A stretch of 64,000 bases of DNA from Microcoleus sp. (GTDB lineage Bacteria; Cyanobacteriota; Cyanobacteriia; Cyanobacteriales; Microcoleaceae), in NCBI GenBank assembly GCA_042408215.1, contig JAYFMW010000001.1, positions 32,001-96,000 on the forward strand. The letters are read 5' to 3'. The notes below the pieces were generated by a model. The model saw only the letters and a list, made by a program, of their open reading frames with translations. It ran no database searches and had not been told where the DNA came from. The position numbers and the translations under genes were made by a program. Below are positions 10,120-20,556 of this stretch, one piece after another. Within the stretch, counting starts at the first letter, position 1. Each line of letters opens with the position of its first letter.

Positions 10120-10779
10120 TCACATCGATTTATAGCTAGCAGAACTAATTTGCAGATCATAAATAGGCGCGCCTGTCAAGCAAAACCAATGACACAGAAA
10201 TAAATCCGGCACTTGAACGCCGACAGAAGCGATCGCAGGTGCGGCTGGAAAAGGCCAAAGTCGATCGAAACAAATCCTTTCCCCTGCGAACCCGAACTGG
10301 ATCAAATAAGTCGCCGGCGGCGCATTTACCAGCTCCAGCAAACGGTAAGCCAAGTCATACAACTGTTGTCGCCAAACATCCGACAAATGCAGCGGTTGAA
10401 AGTAGCTCAACTCCCCAGACGGATTGTGGGCCAAGGCACCGATCGCCTCAGCATACAGAGGCCCCTTCGCCGTCCAAACCACAGGTAACCAAAAATTGCC
10501 ATCGCCAGTAGGCACCTGCAACTGCTCTTGCACCCGATCGCGCGCCGCCGAGACATTGGCGCAAAATCGAAACACATCTTCACCTGGAAAGGCAAGATTG
10601 GACGGCACATCCAGCGTCAAAGGACAAACCATCGCCCCCGAAAGATCGATCGCCCCAGAATTCAGTTCCGAAACCCCACAGATATTTACTTCCGCGAAAG
10701 GATTGGATTGAGCGATCGCCACTTTCAGTGCGACCGCCGGGCCAATCTTGGCATCCGCCACAATCAAAACCCTAGACAT
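10120..10779 (-). CDS. Hypothetical protein, possibly ATP-grasp-like
   Basis: LPVVWTAKGPLYAEAI...FDRLWPFPAAPAIAS; ATG at 10779 overlaps the stop of the upstream gene. Confidence 0.75.
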   Translation of the reverse strand: MSRVLIVADAKIGPAVALKVAIAQSNPFAEVNICGVSELNSGAIDLSGAMVCPLTLDVPSNLAFPGEDVFRFCANVSAARDRVQEQLQVPTGDGNFWLPVVWTAKGPLYAEAIGALAHNPSGELSYFQPLHLSDVWRQQLYDLAYRLLELVNAPPATYLIQFGFAGERICFDRLWPFPAAPAIASVGVQVPDLFLCHWFCLTGAPIYDLQISSASYKSM

Positions 10780-11362
10780 TCCCAAAGCTCGGCATCTGAA
10801 TACCCTGACTGTCATCAGGATCGACCGTAGGCAAATCCAAACCTTTAGACTTGCGGCTCCGCACGGCGAGACGGTAAGTTACGCTCTGCAACTCAGTGTG
10901 TAGTTGGCGGTTTTCCTTTTGCAGTTGATCCAACTTTTCCTGAATCGGCTCGATCCGCTCGGCAAACTTCTGACGGTAAACCCCCGGCAATTCCTGAACT
11001 ACCTGTTCCAGCATCCGAGAGCGATCGGTCAATTCTTGCACCGACTGCCGCAGTTGGTAAACCTCAGTATCCCGCTCAGCGATTTGTTCCTGATAAAAAC
11101 CCACCTGTTCCTCAACTGCTTGCAGTTGTTCTCGCATCGCCTGCATTTGAGCTTGGTGGCGCTCGGAAACTTCCGGCGCCGGCACAAAACTCGAATTTCC
11201 CTTGACCAGCCTGAACAGCTCTTGAGACAACTGCTGCACCAATTGGTCGCGCATTTGCAGCTCTTCGTTCAGACGAGACACCTCAGATTGCAGTTCTTTT
11301 GTGCTTACAAGTTTACTCGGGTTCACAATCACCAATCCTTTTTCGCTAACATTTGCCAACAA
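10772..11362 (-). CDS. Cyanobacterial coiled-coil protein (resembles Npun_F5560 family)
   Basis: ELQMRDQLVQQLSQELFRLVKGN; Q/E-rich heptads; start uncertain. Confidence 0.7.
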   Translation of the reverse strand: MLANVSEKGLVIVNPSKLVSTKELQSEVSRLNEELQMRDQLVQQLSQELFRLVKGNSSFVPAPEVSERHQAQMQAMREQLQAVEEQVGFYQEQIAERDTEVYQLRQSVQELTDRSRMLEQVVQELPGVYRQKFAERIEPIQEKLDQLQKENRQLHTELQSVTYRLAVRSRKSKGLDLPTVDPDDSQGIQMPSFGNV

Positions 11363-11554
11363 ATAAAATAGTTTACAAAATGATTAAACTCAGCGAGACT
11401 GGCAAAGCCCGCTGATTTTCACAACCAGACCAAACCAGACGTGAGTTATTTTTAACAAATTACCTGATCTTATTCTACTCTGAGCTTCTAGGGCACCGAT
11501 CGACCCTTCGAGATCTCAACGGTAAAGCCCAATCTAATTCATCACAGATACCAT

Positions 11555-13258
11555 TTAACCCGGTAAAACTTGGTTGTTACTACCAAATTCTACTATGTAT
11601 TGGGGTGTATCCTCCCCAGCCTCAACCAAAGTTAAGGCGCTTAACGACTTCAACAGAATGTTGATTGCGCCGTTCCAATCCCTATCGATGATGTGTCCGC
11701 ACTCTGGACACTTAAACGTCTTAGAGCCACCGAGCTTTTTGTGGGCGTGCCCACATTTCGAGCAAGTCTTTGAAGTATATTCTTCGGTCACATCATGCAC
11801 GACAGAACCGCGCTTTTGCGCGTGAAACTTCAAGGTTTCCTTGAATCGGTAATGACCCCAAGACAACATACTCCGAGCGGTTTTAGACCGGATCTTGCGC
11901 TTCTTTCTGACCACCATTTGAGAGGTTTCAAAGGTTGGCAAAAAGATGTGCTTGTGCTGTTTGGTAAGGTATGCTGCAACGCGGTTATGAATGTCGTCAA
12001 TCAGGTTGGAAATCTTGACTCTGATTGACTTGGCAAGCTTGCGTAACTGCCACCTTTTCCGCTTATTAGAATGCCCCTTCAAGGTTGTCCACTGCGACTG
12101 AAGTCGATCTAAGCGCTGGCATAACGTCGCAATTCGACCAATCCCCGCAGGGGCGAACTCCGTAATTGATTGCCCGTCAAACCCGGTCAGAAAAGTTCTC
12201 ACGCCCGGATCTAGTGCAATTGCGTTATCAAACTGGTTCGCTTCAATCTGCATTGGAACGGCAAAGCAGATAAACCATCGACCCCGATCTATTACTACGG
12301 AGAAATCAGAAGGCATTTCTGTGCAAAGTGGCTCCGAGGGATTGATCTGAGCTTTCCCAAGTTGCCGGGGGTAGGTTGTGTTGTTTGTCCAGTTGTCAGA
12401 TTGCAACTTGATGCTTTGAACCTGCTCGCGACACGACCGAAACCGAGGATTGCGCTTGTCTTCGCACTTTTTGAATGCATCATGAGCGTCTAGAACTGCC
12501 GCGCCTCTTGGATTGTAGGGCGTTTCCTTCACCCAATCTGGCGCAAGATCGTTCACAATCTTGCGTAATTGAAACGCGGTTGGTCGCTTGCTTTTGTCGA
12601 TCCAGCAATCTCGCAGATAGGCGATTGCCGTGTTATATGACCACCGACTAGCCGCGATCCACGAACGCCACGCCACTCTCACGGGTATTTCCGGGTAAAC
12701 TCGGATCTTCTTTGATTTGAGCTTTGTATTTTCGGAGTCCGTAGAGCCGGCAACTAAAGACGTGGACGACGGCAAGGATATCTTCAACCATCTCTCGTTC
12801 TGGAGATAGGTCAGAGCGGTTGAGAACCACGAGTTTGCAATCAAATTGGTCGCACACCCATTGGATGAGTTCGACTCCGAATCGGGCGAGTCGGTCTTTG
12901 TAGCTGACCACAATTTGCTCGACATCTCCCGACAATACTTGTCCCAGAACGGATAGTAAGCCTTTGCGTCGGTAGTTGAGTCCCGATCCGATTTCTTTGA
13001 TGACTTCTCCTCCTGGGAACAGACTTTGGAGATAGTCAGCCTGTCGGTTAAGGTCGAGTCGCTGCTTGTGGCTACTGACTCGGCAATAGAGCAAAGTCTT
13101 TCTGACTTTGGTGGACTTTGGATCGAGGACACTATCGATGTCGTAGCGTCGATGTCCAGCCGGAGTTCTAATTGTTGCGATGCGTCCTGACTTGTCCCAG
13201 AGCCTAAGCGTTTTCTCCGAGACTTGGAGGATTTGCATCGCTTCCCGTGGTGTGACAT
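11555..13258 (-). CDS. tnpB: IS607-associated TnpB with rearranged RuvC-II (Fanzor2/pro-Fanzor-like); true start uncertain
   Basis: ALDPGVRTF (RuvC-I), IFLPTFET (canonical Glu replaced), VTEEYTSKTC, CxxC...CxxC, DRDWNGAINI (RuvC-III). Confidence 0.88.
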   Translation of the reverse strand: MSHHGKRCKSSKSRRKRLGSGTSQDASQQLELRLDIDATTSIVSSIQSPPKSERLCSIAESVATSSDSTLTDRLTISKVCSQEEKSSKKSDRDSTTDAKAYYPFWDKYCREMSSKLWSATKTDSPDSESNSSNGCATNLIANSWFSTALTYLQNERWLKISLPSSTSLVAGSTDSENTKLKSKKIRVYPEIPVRVAWRSWIAASRWSYNTAIAYLRDCWIDKSKRPTAFQLRKIVNDLAPDWVKETPYNPRGAAVLDAHDAFKKCEDKRNPRFRSCREQVQSIKLQSDNWTNNTTYPRQLGKAQINPSEPLCTEMPSDFSVVIDRGRWFICFAVPMQIEANQFDNAIALDPGVRTFLTGFDGQSITEFAPAGIGRIATLCQRLDRLQSQWTTLKGHSNKRKRWQLRKLAKSIRVKISNLIDDIHNRVAAYLTKQHKHIFLPTFETSQMVVRKKRKIRSKTARSMLSWGHYRFKETLKFHAQKRGSVVHDVTEEYTSKTCSKCGHAHKKLGGSKTFKCPECGHIIDRDWNGAINILLKSLSALTLVEAGEDTPQYIVEFGSNNQVLPG

Positions 13259-13342
13259 AGCGAACCATAAAAAACGTTGTAGACTTACCTCATTCTACAA
13301 CGTCTTACCGGATAATTCCCGGAATGTCTAGAAATTGACAGG
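11562..13342 (-). mobile_element. IS607-family element (tnpA + tnpB)
   Basis: Serine recombinase plus TnpB; GGTAA at both junctions (11562-11566, 13341-13345) fits the GG core used by IS607; no GCGATCGC seen inside. Confidence 0.88.
12648..13268 (-). CDS. tnpA: IS607 transposase (MerR-like HTH + serine recombinase)
   Basis: VSEKTLRLWD..G.I..IRTPAGHRRY; YCRVSS; EIGSGLN..RKGL; YKDRLARFG; FSCRLYGLR. Confidence 0.95.
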   Translation of the reverse strand: MVRYVTPREAMQILQVSEKTLRLWDKSGRIATIRTPAGHRRYDIDSVLDPKSTKVRKTLLYCRVSSHKQRLDLNRQADYLQSLFPGGEVIKEIGSGLNYRRKGLLSVLGQVLSGDVEQIVVSYKDRLARFGVELIQWVCDQFDCKLVVLNRSDLSPEREMVEDILAVVHVFSCRLYGLRKYKAQIKEDPSLPGNTRESGVAFVDRG

Positions 13343-13345
13343 TAA

Positions 13346-13939
13346 TCAACCTCTAATCCAATTGAGCACTTGGCCAGCTTCGTCCAAGCAGCCACCAAAA
13401 CAGATAATCCCGTCTTCGTGGCCCGCCATCGCCAGAATTTTGCGATCGCCTAAATTCTCTTCCTCAAAAAGTCTAAACATTTCTAAGGCCATCCCAGGAG
13501 TGCCATAAGGTATCTCTTTTCTAGTAGTCGGAATCTTAAACAACAGTTGCCGCCAGAGTTTAGGGTTATGAACGTGAATGATCCCGCCCACATCATCTCT
13601 GTGAAAGTACAGCGCCGCGTGAGTCAGCGACTCAGAAGAAGCTGGTACAGGGCCACGACAGCCGAGGAAATTTTGTTCTAAGTCAAATTCGGTGACAGTA
13701 CAGTAGGATTCAGGCCCCATCCTTGGCAAGTGTGCCGTCTGGGTGCCTGAAATAATGAATTGGCAAGAATTTCCGAGTCTGACACTAACATTGCCAAAGC
13801 CGATCCCATTGTCGTAGACACCAATTAGTCCCCACTCGTGGAGCCGATCGCGCCACTCCATCAAATCTGCCATACTTTCGGCCACAGAGGGCTCTGCGTG
13901 CGTCCAGTCACAGCGGTACTTAACGACACCTTCATCCAT
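13346..13939 (-). CDS. Class II aldolase/adducin family protein
   Basis: GFGNVSVR, FIISGTQT, SSESLTH, IIHVH, MAGHEDG; start at MDEGVVKY. Confidence 0.88.
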   Translation of the reverse strand: MDEGVVKYRCDWTHAEPSVAESMADLMEWRDRLHEWGLIGVYDNGIGFGNVSVRLGNSCQFIISGTQTAHLPRMGPESYCTVTEFDLEQNFLGCRGPVPASSESLTHAALYFHRDDVGGIIHVHNPKLWRQLLFKIPTTRKEIPYGTPGMALEMFRLFEEENLGDRKILAMAGHEDGIICFGGCLDEAGQVLNWIRG

Positions 13940-14502
13940 CAACTTTCCTGCCGATCGCGGGTCTTCAGACAGAGCTAGGCAAAGGGGAGCGAAGTTGTAC
14001 AACCGCTCTGTTTGCCACCTTCTGCATAACTGCATGAGTGTCTTGATTAGTCTAGTCCAGTGTCGCCGTAATTGGCTACTAACATTACCAAAAAGTGAAA
14101 TATTAAAGCAGAAAAAATTATGCCAAACATCATGATTTAGCCTCAACAGGCAATTACAAAAGTCCTATATGAAAATGCACGCTTTCTGGCCGGGAGTTTC
14201 ATGCCAGGCTTTTGCCCAAGTTTCTTCTGTGAAACCTCTTAACAGTCCTGAACATTTATTTATTAATCCTCAGCATTTATACTGATGTGGCTACCCCTAA
14301 TCACTATTTAACGCTGCACTATCTCTAAATCCGGCAAGTTTCCTAAAAGTCAACCGTATATTTACTGATTTTTTTGATCGTAGAGAGATTTAAGCGCTCG
14401 CACCAACTAATAAAATATTTGTTCATCAAAAAACCAGCCGATCGGGCCCAAGGGACCCGATCGGCTAAGCTCCGAGGATTGACTGCGATCGCCCACAGCC
14501 CT

Positions 14503-15498
14503 TTAAATATGGAAGTGATACAAAATGCTGCCGTCGTCTTTAATTTCGCAATTGGCATTAAAGACTTCGGCTTGTTCGTTCAAAAAACGCTGGGCGACAT
14601 CCGGCGACAGCCGCGTCTCCATCGCAAACCGCACCAGAGTGATTTCGCCGCGCCCTTCTTTAATCAGTCGGTACAAAGCGCTTTGGAGTCGATCGCTCTC
14701 CGAGCGCTCAAGAGCTGCTTTGTCGCTCCAATTCGCCGCCGCCGGAATCAAACCGCGACTGACCAAAATCGCCACCAGCAAGCCAACACCCAAAATCAGA
14801 GGCACTGTTGGATCGCTCGTTGGCGTCGCCACAATTTGCGGAACTTGGGCGGCGGCAAAACTACTCACCATTTCTTTCTCCGACGCTTGCGTATCCGCCA
14901 TCGCCAGTTGGGTTTTGTTGTAAAAATCTTGCTGAAGCTTGATTTGCTGCAACAAGCGAGCTCGCTCTCTTTCGTATAGGTCGAGCTTTTGCTGAGCTTG
15001 TTTGAGATCTTGAGTGACTTGTGCTAAGCGTTGGTTGAGCGATTGATTGACTGATTGCCACCGATATCTGTTAATCAGGCGGCTTTTTTCTACCATGCCC
15101 TTCATCAGCATATCCGCCGTTTGGACTGCTTGCTGCTGGTCGAGCGATCGATACCCAACAGCAATTTCCAGCGGTTGTTCTGGCTTAGAAATCTTGACGC
15201 TAGCATTCTGTCGAACTTGTTGAGGCGACAGCTTAACTGCATCTGCCACTGCTTTGACAACATTATCTGCCAGCAGGACATCCGCTGTCAGTTGCTCTCC
15301 TTGCTTCAGAATTGTCGCGCCCGTGGTCGAAAATTTGACTGGCGGATTGTTAGAAGTGAGAGTGCCTTGAGCCATGAATCCGGGGGGCGGGGCTAGGCGG
15401 TAGGCAAGGGCCCCTGAAATGCCCATAATTACAGCAAAACTGCCTAAAGCAATCCACCTGTATCGATTTGCTGATGATTTAAAACGTAAATTTCCCAT
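14503..15498 (-). CDS. Wzz/GumC-like TM-periplasmic-coiled-coil protein with a C-terminal wHTH-like module
   Basis: RYRWIAL TM segment, coiled coil, second TM, then LYRLIKEGRGEITLVRFAM...SILYHF; start uncertain. Confidence 0.6.
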   Translation of the reverse strand: MGNLRFKSSANRYRWIALGSFAVIMGISGALAYRLAPPPGFMAQGTLTSNNPPVKFSTTGATILKQGEQLTADVLLADNVVKAVADAVKLSPQQVRQNASVKISKPEQPLEIAVGYRSLDQQQAVQTADMLMKGMVEKSRLINRYRWQSVNQSLNQRLAQVTQDLKQAQQKLDLYERERARLLQQIKLQQDFYNKTQLAMADTQASEKEMVSSFAAAQVPQIVATPTSDPTVPLILGVGLLVAILVSRGLIPAAANWSDKAALERSESDRLQSALYRLIKEGRGEITLVRFAMETRLSPDVAQRFLNEQAEVFNANCEIKDDGSILYHFHI

Positions 15499-15922
15499 TT
15501 TGATAGTCAAGTCATAACTTTCGCTATTGGCAGCTACTACAAAAACTTGTGGCGCGATCGTCCCATTCTGGTAAGTCAAATTGACTGCATCACCTTGTGA
15601 AGCATCACCTTGTGAAGCATCACAAGGTGATGCATCAAAATCCCTCAGCTTTTCGCTACAAGCTTTTGGCTTTTGGGAGTTACCAATATTAATGGCGTGA
15701 CTGCGGGAAAGGTGCGATCGCCATAAATCTTGAACAGGAGCTAGAACCGATCCTTTTTTGCTAACAGTTGCTAACAAATATATAAGTTGAGATGTTCTAT
15801 CAACCAAGGCGGATCAACCAATGCCGGTAGAAATCTCTACAATCACTTATACTCTTGCATTCAGAACGGCTCAATTCATTCTATATGACATAAAGACCTC
15901 TTGATCAGGTGAGTGATTGTGA

Positions 15923-17278
15923 TTGACACTCCTCGGCTATCAGGCACGAGGATTCTTGGTTCAGTCAGTCGGCTTGCCCGTTGATGCTACCACCAACGAG
16001 TAGAGGTCGTTCTGTCCCCAAGCGTTAATTTCGGTGTGCCCCACCGTATTTAAATTAATTCCTGTTTGCCTCAATCCTTTCGCCAGAATATTCAGAGCTG
16101 CATTGTGGTCACGATCTAAAACTGTACCACAACTGCAAACATGAGTTCTAGTTGATAGCGTTTTCTTAACACTATTGCCACAGGTTGAGCAATCTTGAGA
16201 AGTATATTGAGGAGCAACAGCAACTACTGTTTTACCGTACACTTTTCCAAAATATTCTAAATAATGATCAAGTCTGCGACCACGCTGCATCACTAATTGA
16301 TTTAGCAAGCTTATGGTTTTTCACCATATTTTTAACCTGAAGGTTTTCGTAGGCTACGAAATCGCTAGATTTCACCACGCACAACGCCGTCTTTATGGCG
16401 AAGTCTTTGCGTTGCCTACTGACTTTCAGGTGTTTCCTTCCTAACTTGTTAATTGCCTTCTTACGATTACTAGAACCTTTCTTTTTTCGGGAAACTCGTT
16501 TCTGTGTTCGCTTTAAAGCTTTTTCGCTTTTACGAAGATGCCGAGGGTTGGGAACCGTGTCACCGTCGCTATCAGTGTAGAAATGGTTTAAACCTACATC
16601 TATTCCAATAGCTTTACCTGTAGGAATAGATTCCTCTGTTCGTTCTACATTGATACAAAACTGAGCATAATACCCATCGGCGCGACGAACTACCCTGATT
16701 CGCTTAATTTCATCAGGTGCGTAGAAGTGCAAATCTCTACTACCGAGTAACCTAAAGGTTCCAGCGGCAAAGCCATCTGTGAAAGTGAGACATCTTTTGT
16801 CTGTAGAAAGCGACCATCCTGATGTCTTATATTCTACGGAACGAGTTTGCTTTTTAAATTGTGGATATCCCTTTTTTCCTGGCTTCTTAGCTTTGCAATT
16901 CGAGAAAAAACGTAGGATAGCAAAAATGGCACGTTCAGCAGAAGCTTGACGTGCCATCGAGTTAAGTTTTCCTGCCCATTCAAACTCTTTGGCCATGATG
17001 GCGCATTGTTTGTATAGATCAACTAACTTAACTACTTGATTGTCGATCCAATATCTAAGAGTTTTGTTTCGGACAAATTGAGCTGTGCGGATCATTTCGT
17101 CTATGACCCGATATTGCTGCGCTTTGCCCTTTAACTTAAACTCTAGTACAATCATGCTATTATTCTCTCGTTTTTGCAGAGCATTGTATTCGCAAAGTGC
17201 ATATATTTAAGAATTGTTTACACTTTATAGAAATTAAAGCCGTCCTAGAAGGACGGGGCTTTAGACCCATGTTTTTCG
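15923..17278 (-). mobile_element. IS200/IS605-family (tnpB only) element
   Basis: Left end TTAC|CGAAAAACATGGG followed by the CCGTCCTTCTAGGACGG hairpin; right end hairpin CCTCG..CGAGG ending GTGTCAA. Confidence 0.85.
15961..17155 (-). pseudogene. tnpB: tnpB split by a frameshift near 16272
   Basis: GIDVGL, VAYENL, SISDAAWSQ in one frame; LEYFGKVYG, CSTC, DRDHNAA in the next; one extra base explains the shift. Confidence 0.9.
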
Positions 17279-17637
17279 GTAAATGTTAGAAAAAGTCTTG
17301 CTGTTAATCCACCTTTTCGGGAGGATGTCACTCACAAACTGCTAATTTCGCCCCATCTTCTCAACACTTCGACTTCGCGAGCGTGACCGGTAGACGTTGA
17401 ACAATGAACAAAACCTTAAATATTATTTTTCCGATTTTTTATCAAAGAGGGTTACTCAGCCAGGATTATACCACCCACGCTTGAGTGTTGGCTACCAATG
17501 TTTTTGATCGAAGAGAGTTATCAAAGAGAAAGTTGTGGAGCTGGGCGATCGGCCGACTCCACAGTATGTTATCCAAGAGGTGATCGAAGAGGATGGTTTG
17601 AGCGGATGTTGAGCCATGGCTCCCCCGACAACAATTC

Positions 17638-18549
17638 TCAGATGCCGATCGGCAAAATTAAACCTTCCCTAGCCATTACTGCCTTCGGAAAAGCGATTTG
17701 CACATCCACAGCGATGCGATCGAGAAAATCGTCAGTATGAGCCGGATCGTGGTGGAAAATCACCACACGCTTCACCCGAGCCTCCTTAGCCATTCTCACC
17801 GCTTCCTGCCAAGTCGAGTGTCCCCAACCCACCTTCGGAGACTTGGGGTTGTGATATTCCTCGTCAGTGTACATCGCATCATAAATCAGCACGTCAGCAT
17901 CGAGAGCTAGGTTGTAAACATCCACGTCGAGGCGATCGGGAAAATGCTCCGTATCCGAACAGTAAACAACGGATCTTCCCCGCCAAGTCACCCGATAGCC
18001 CATAGCAGTATTCGGGTGATTCAGAGAACCCGTCCTAATCTCAATATCGTCCAGCATCATCGTCTGGTTGTGATTGAGTTCGTAGAAATTCAAATCTGCC
18101 TGCAAGCCCATCAGCGGCACCGGCGAATTCGAGTGCAGCACCCGTTCGACAAAGTGCCTTTTCATGCAATCTCCATCGGGCGGGATCGCCCCGTAAATAT
18201 CAAAGCTATTGCCGCGGATGAAAGCTGGAGCAAACAGCGGGAACCCCTGGATATGATCCCAGTGATAGTGAGTAAAAAACATATAAGCTTGCACCGGCAT
18301 TTCTTGCAGCAACTGGTCTCCCAGCATCCGCAAGCCAGTTCCGCCATCAAAAATCAGGCGTTTTCCGCCCACTCGCATTTCCAAACAAGAAGTATTTCCG
18401 CCATAGCGAACAGTTTCTACTCCCGGTGTGGGAACACTGCCCCGCACACCCCAGAACTGCACTACAAAATCATCTATACCTTCCATTGCTTCGGAGGGTT
18501 GAGGGCAATCCAGGGGAGTTGCCGCTACAGAGGACAAGCTGATTTCCAT
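17638..18549 (-). CDS. MBL-fold metallo-hydrolase
   Basis: FWGVRGS.P, YGGNTSC, THYHWDH, GWGHST, FHHDP. Confidence 0.93.
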   Translation of the reverse strand: MEISLSSVAATPLDCPQPSEAMEGIDDFVVQFWGVRGSVPTPGVETVRYGGNTSCLEMRVGGKRLIFDGGTGLRMLGDQLLQEMPVQAYMFFTHYHWDHIQGFPLFAPAFIRGNSFDIYGAIPPDGDCMKRHFVERVLHSNSPVPLMGLQADLNFYELNHNQTMMLDDIEIRTGSLNHPNTAMGYRVTWRGRSVVYCSDTEHFPDRLDVDVYNLALDADVLIYDAMYTDEEYHNPKSPKVGWGHSTWQEAVRMAKEARVKRVVIFHHDPAHTDDFLDRIAVDVQIAFPKAVMAREGLILPIGI

Positions 18550-18550
18550 T

Positions 18551-19651
18551 TTAAAATTCAGACTTTAAGGTTCCACATTGTCCGTGATGGCGCAGCAGGT
18601 GGTCGCACAACACTAAAGCTACCATTGCTTCCACCATTGGCACAGCTCTTGGCAAAACGCAAGGGTCGTGCCGTCCTTTTGCAGCCAGCAGCGTTTCTGT
18701 ACCCTCGCGGGTGACAGTGCGCTGGGTCGAGCGAATTGTCGCAGTTGGCTTGAAGGCCACTCGCAGAATAATATTTTCGCCGTTAGCAATGCCACCCTGA
18801 ATTCCGCCAGAGCGATTTGTGACTGTACGAATTACACCATTGTCATCAGTATAGTATTCATCATTGTGTTGGCTACCTGTCATCAGAGTCCCGGCAAAGC
18901 CCGATCCAATTTCAAACCCTTTGCTGGCGGGCAAGGACATCACGGCTTTTGCCAAGTCAGCTTCTAGCTTATCGAATACGGGCATTCCCAGACCTTTGGG
19001 TACGTTGCGGGCGACGCATTCGACAACACCGCCGATCGAATCTCCACTGTCGCGAACTTTTTCGATGAGTTCAATCATTCTTTCGGCGCATTCGGCATCG
19101 GGACAGCGGACTATATTGCTTTCTACTTGTTCTAAGGTAACAGTATCCGGGTCTGCCACACCTTCTAAGTCTTTAATGCGTTTGACATAGCCGACTATTT
19201 CTACTCCGGCTACTTGTTTGAGAATTTTTTTGGCGATCGCCCCTGCTGCTACTCTACCTATTGTCTCCCTTGCCGAACTTCGACCACCGCCTTGCCAGTT
19301 ACGAATTCCGTATTTAGCATCGTAGGTAGCATCGGCGTGGGAAGGGCGGTAGGTAGTAGCCATTTCCCCGTAATCTTGGGGGCGAGTGTCTTGATTGCGG
19401 ACTAAAATGGCGATCGGCGTTCCCAAAGTTTTACCTTCAAACACCCCTGAAAGGATCTCGCAAGTATCAGCCTCTTTGCGAGGAGTCGTAATTTTGCTTT
19501 GGCCAGGGCGGCGGCGATCGAGTTCCGCTTGAATTTCCGCTGCATCAATGGACAGGAGTGGCGGGCAACCGTCAATTACCACTCCCACGCCACCGCCGTG
19601 AGATTCCCCAAATGTCGAGATCCGAAATAAATGCCCAAATGTGTTCCCCAT
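18551..19651 (-). CDS. aroC: Chorismate synthase
   Basis: [37 protein letters not shown]. Confidence 0.98.
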   Translation of the reverse strand: MGNTFGHLFRISTFGESHGGGVGVVIDGCPPLLSIDAAEIQAELDRRRPGQSKITTPRKEADTCEILSGVFEGKTLGTPIAILVRNQDTRPQDYGEMATTYRPSHADATYDAKYGIRNWQGGGRSSARETIGRVAAGAIAKKILKQVAGVEIVGYVKRIKDLEGVADPDTVTLEQVESNIVRCPDAECAERMIELIEKVRDSGDSIGGVVECVARNVPKGLGMPVFDKLEADLAKAVMSLPASKGFEIGSGFAGTLMTGSQHNDEYYTDDNGVIRTVTNRSGGIQGGIANGENIILRVAFKPTATIRSTQRTVTREGTETLLAAKGRHDPCVLPRAVPMVEAMVALVLCDHLLRHHGQCGTLKSEF

Positions 19652-19886
19652 GATGATTTAGCCTGAAACCTAATAATTTTTAGCTTAAATGGAATAGAGA
19701 TTTACTGTATTTGTGAAAAATATACCATTGACCGGCAGGCCAGTGGCGATCGCCCCACAGAATCACTCCCTTCCCGGTATAAAAATATCTCCGAGGGAGA
19801 GGGAGAGGGAGATGGGGCATCGGGCCTTTATAGCATCGGGCATTAATCTGACTAATGACTGCTGACTAATGACTACTGACTAATGA

Positions 19887-20018
19887 CTAATCTTCGTGTT
19901 CTTCAAAAGGATCTCTCAATTCCTTAGAGGGGGGGCCGAAAGCGGTGTAGATGGAGAAGCCGGTCATTGCCACCAGACACAAGCCCAGGGAAATGCCGAG
20001 AACTGCTGCGGGTTCCAT
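19887..20018 (-). CDS. psbN: PsbN (absent from the ORF track)
   Basis: Manual translation [43 protein letters not shown], divergent from psbH. Confidence 0.96.
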   Translation of the reverse strand: MEPAAVLGISLGLCLVAMTGFSIYTAFGPPSKELRDPFEEHED

Positions 20019-20352
20019 AGTTTTGATCAATTATGAGTGCTCAACTCCATAATATTACAAAAAATAACAATTCGTCTCAAAGTCTGCTAATTTTAGGCAC
20101 GGTACGGTATTGCAGTCAGATGTTGAAGTCAGAGGGAAAAAGGAAGACCGAAGGCACTCTAAGAGATTTTGACACGGATACACGGACGATCGATCGAGCT
20201 TCGCTTCGCCCCATGCCCCATGCCCCATGCCCCATGCCCCATGCCCCATCCCGGAGCTTCGCTTCGCCCAATACCCCTGTCGCTAAATTGCGATCGCAAT
20301 TAGCGCTAGAAATATGTCAAACTTCTTTGTAGAGATTCATTGCAGGTGACTT

Positions 20353-20556
20353 ATGGCACAACGGACTTGGTTAGGAGATATACTCAAACCCCTTAACTCA
20401 GAGTACGGCAAGGTGGCTCCGGGTTGGGGCACCACGCTGTTGATGAGTGTTTTCATTGGACTGTTTTTCGTGTTCTTGTTGATTATTTTGCAAATCTACA
20501 ACTCTTCTCTGATTCTGGAGAATGTAGATGTCGATTGGTCGAGCCTGGCCCGCTAA
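20353..20556 (+). CDS. psbH: Photosystem II PsbH
   Basis: [18 protein letters not shown]...IYNSSL. Confidence 0.98.
   Translation: MAQRTWLGDILKPLNSEYGKVAPGWGTTLLMSVFIGLFFVFLLIILQIYNSSLILENVDVDWSSLAR

Noticed and set aside
13940..14146. N-terminal extension of the aldolase ORF, and similar extensions on STAS, tpiA, the protease and the kinase
   Set aside because: Family-like sequence begins at downstream starts; the extensions arise from longest-ORF calling
17944..18714. Long antisense ORFs (also 14374-14979, 27505-28110, 40333-40908, 43054-43596)
   Set aside because: Shadows of well-supported genes on the opposite strand, with no recognisable motifs
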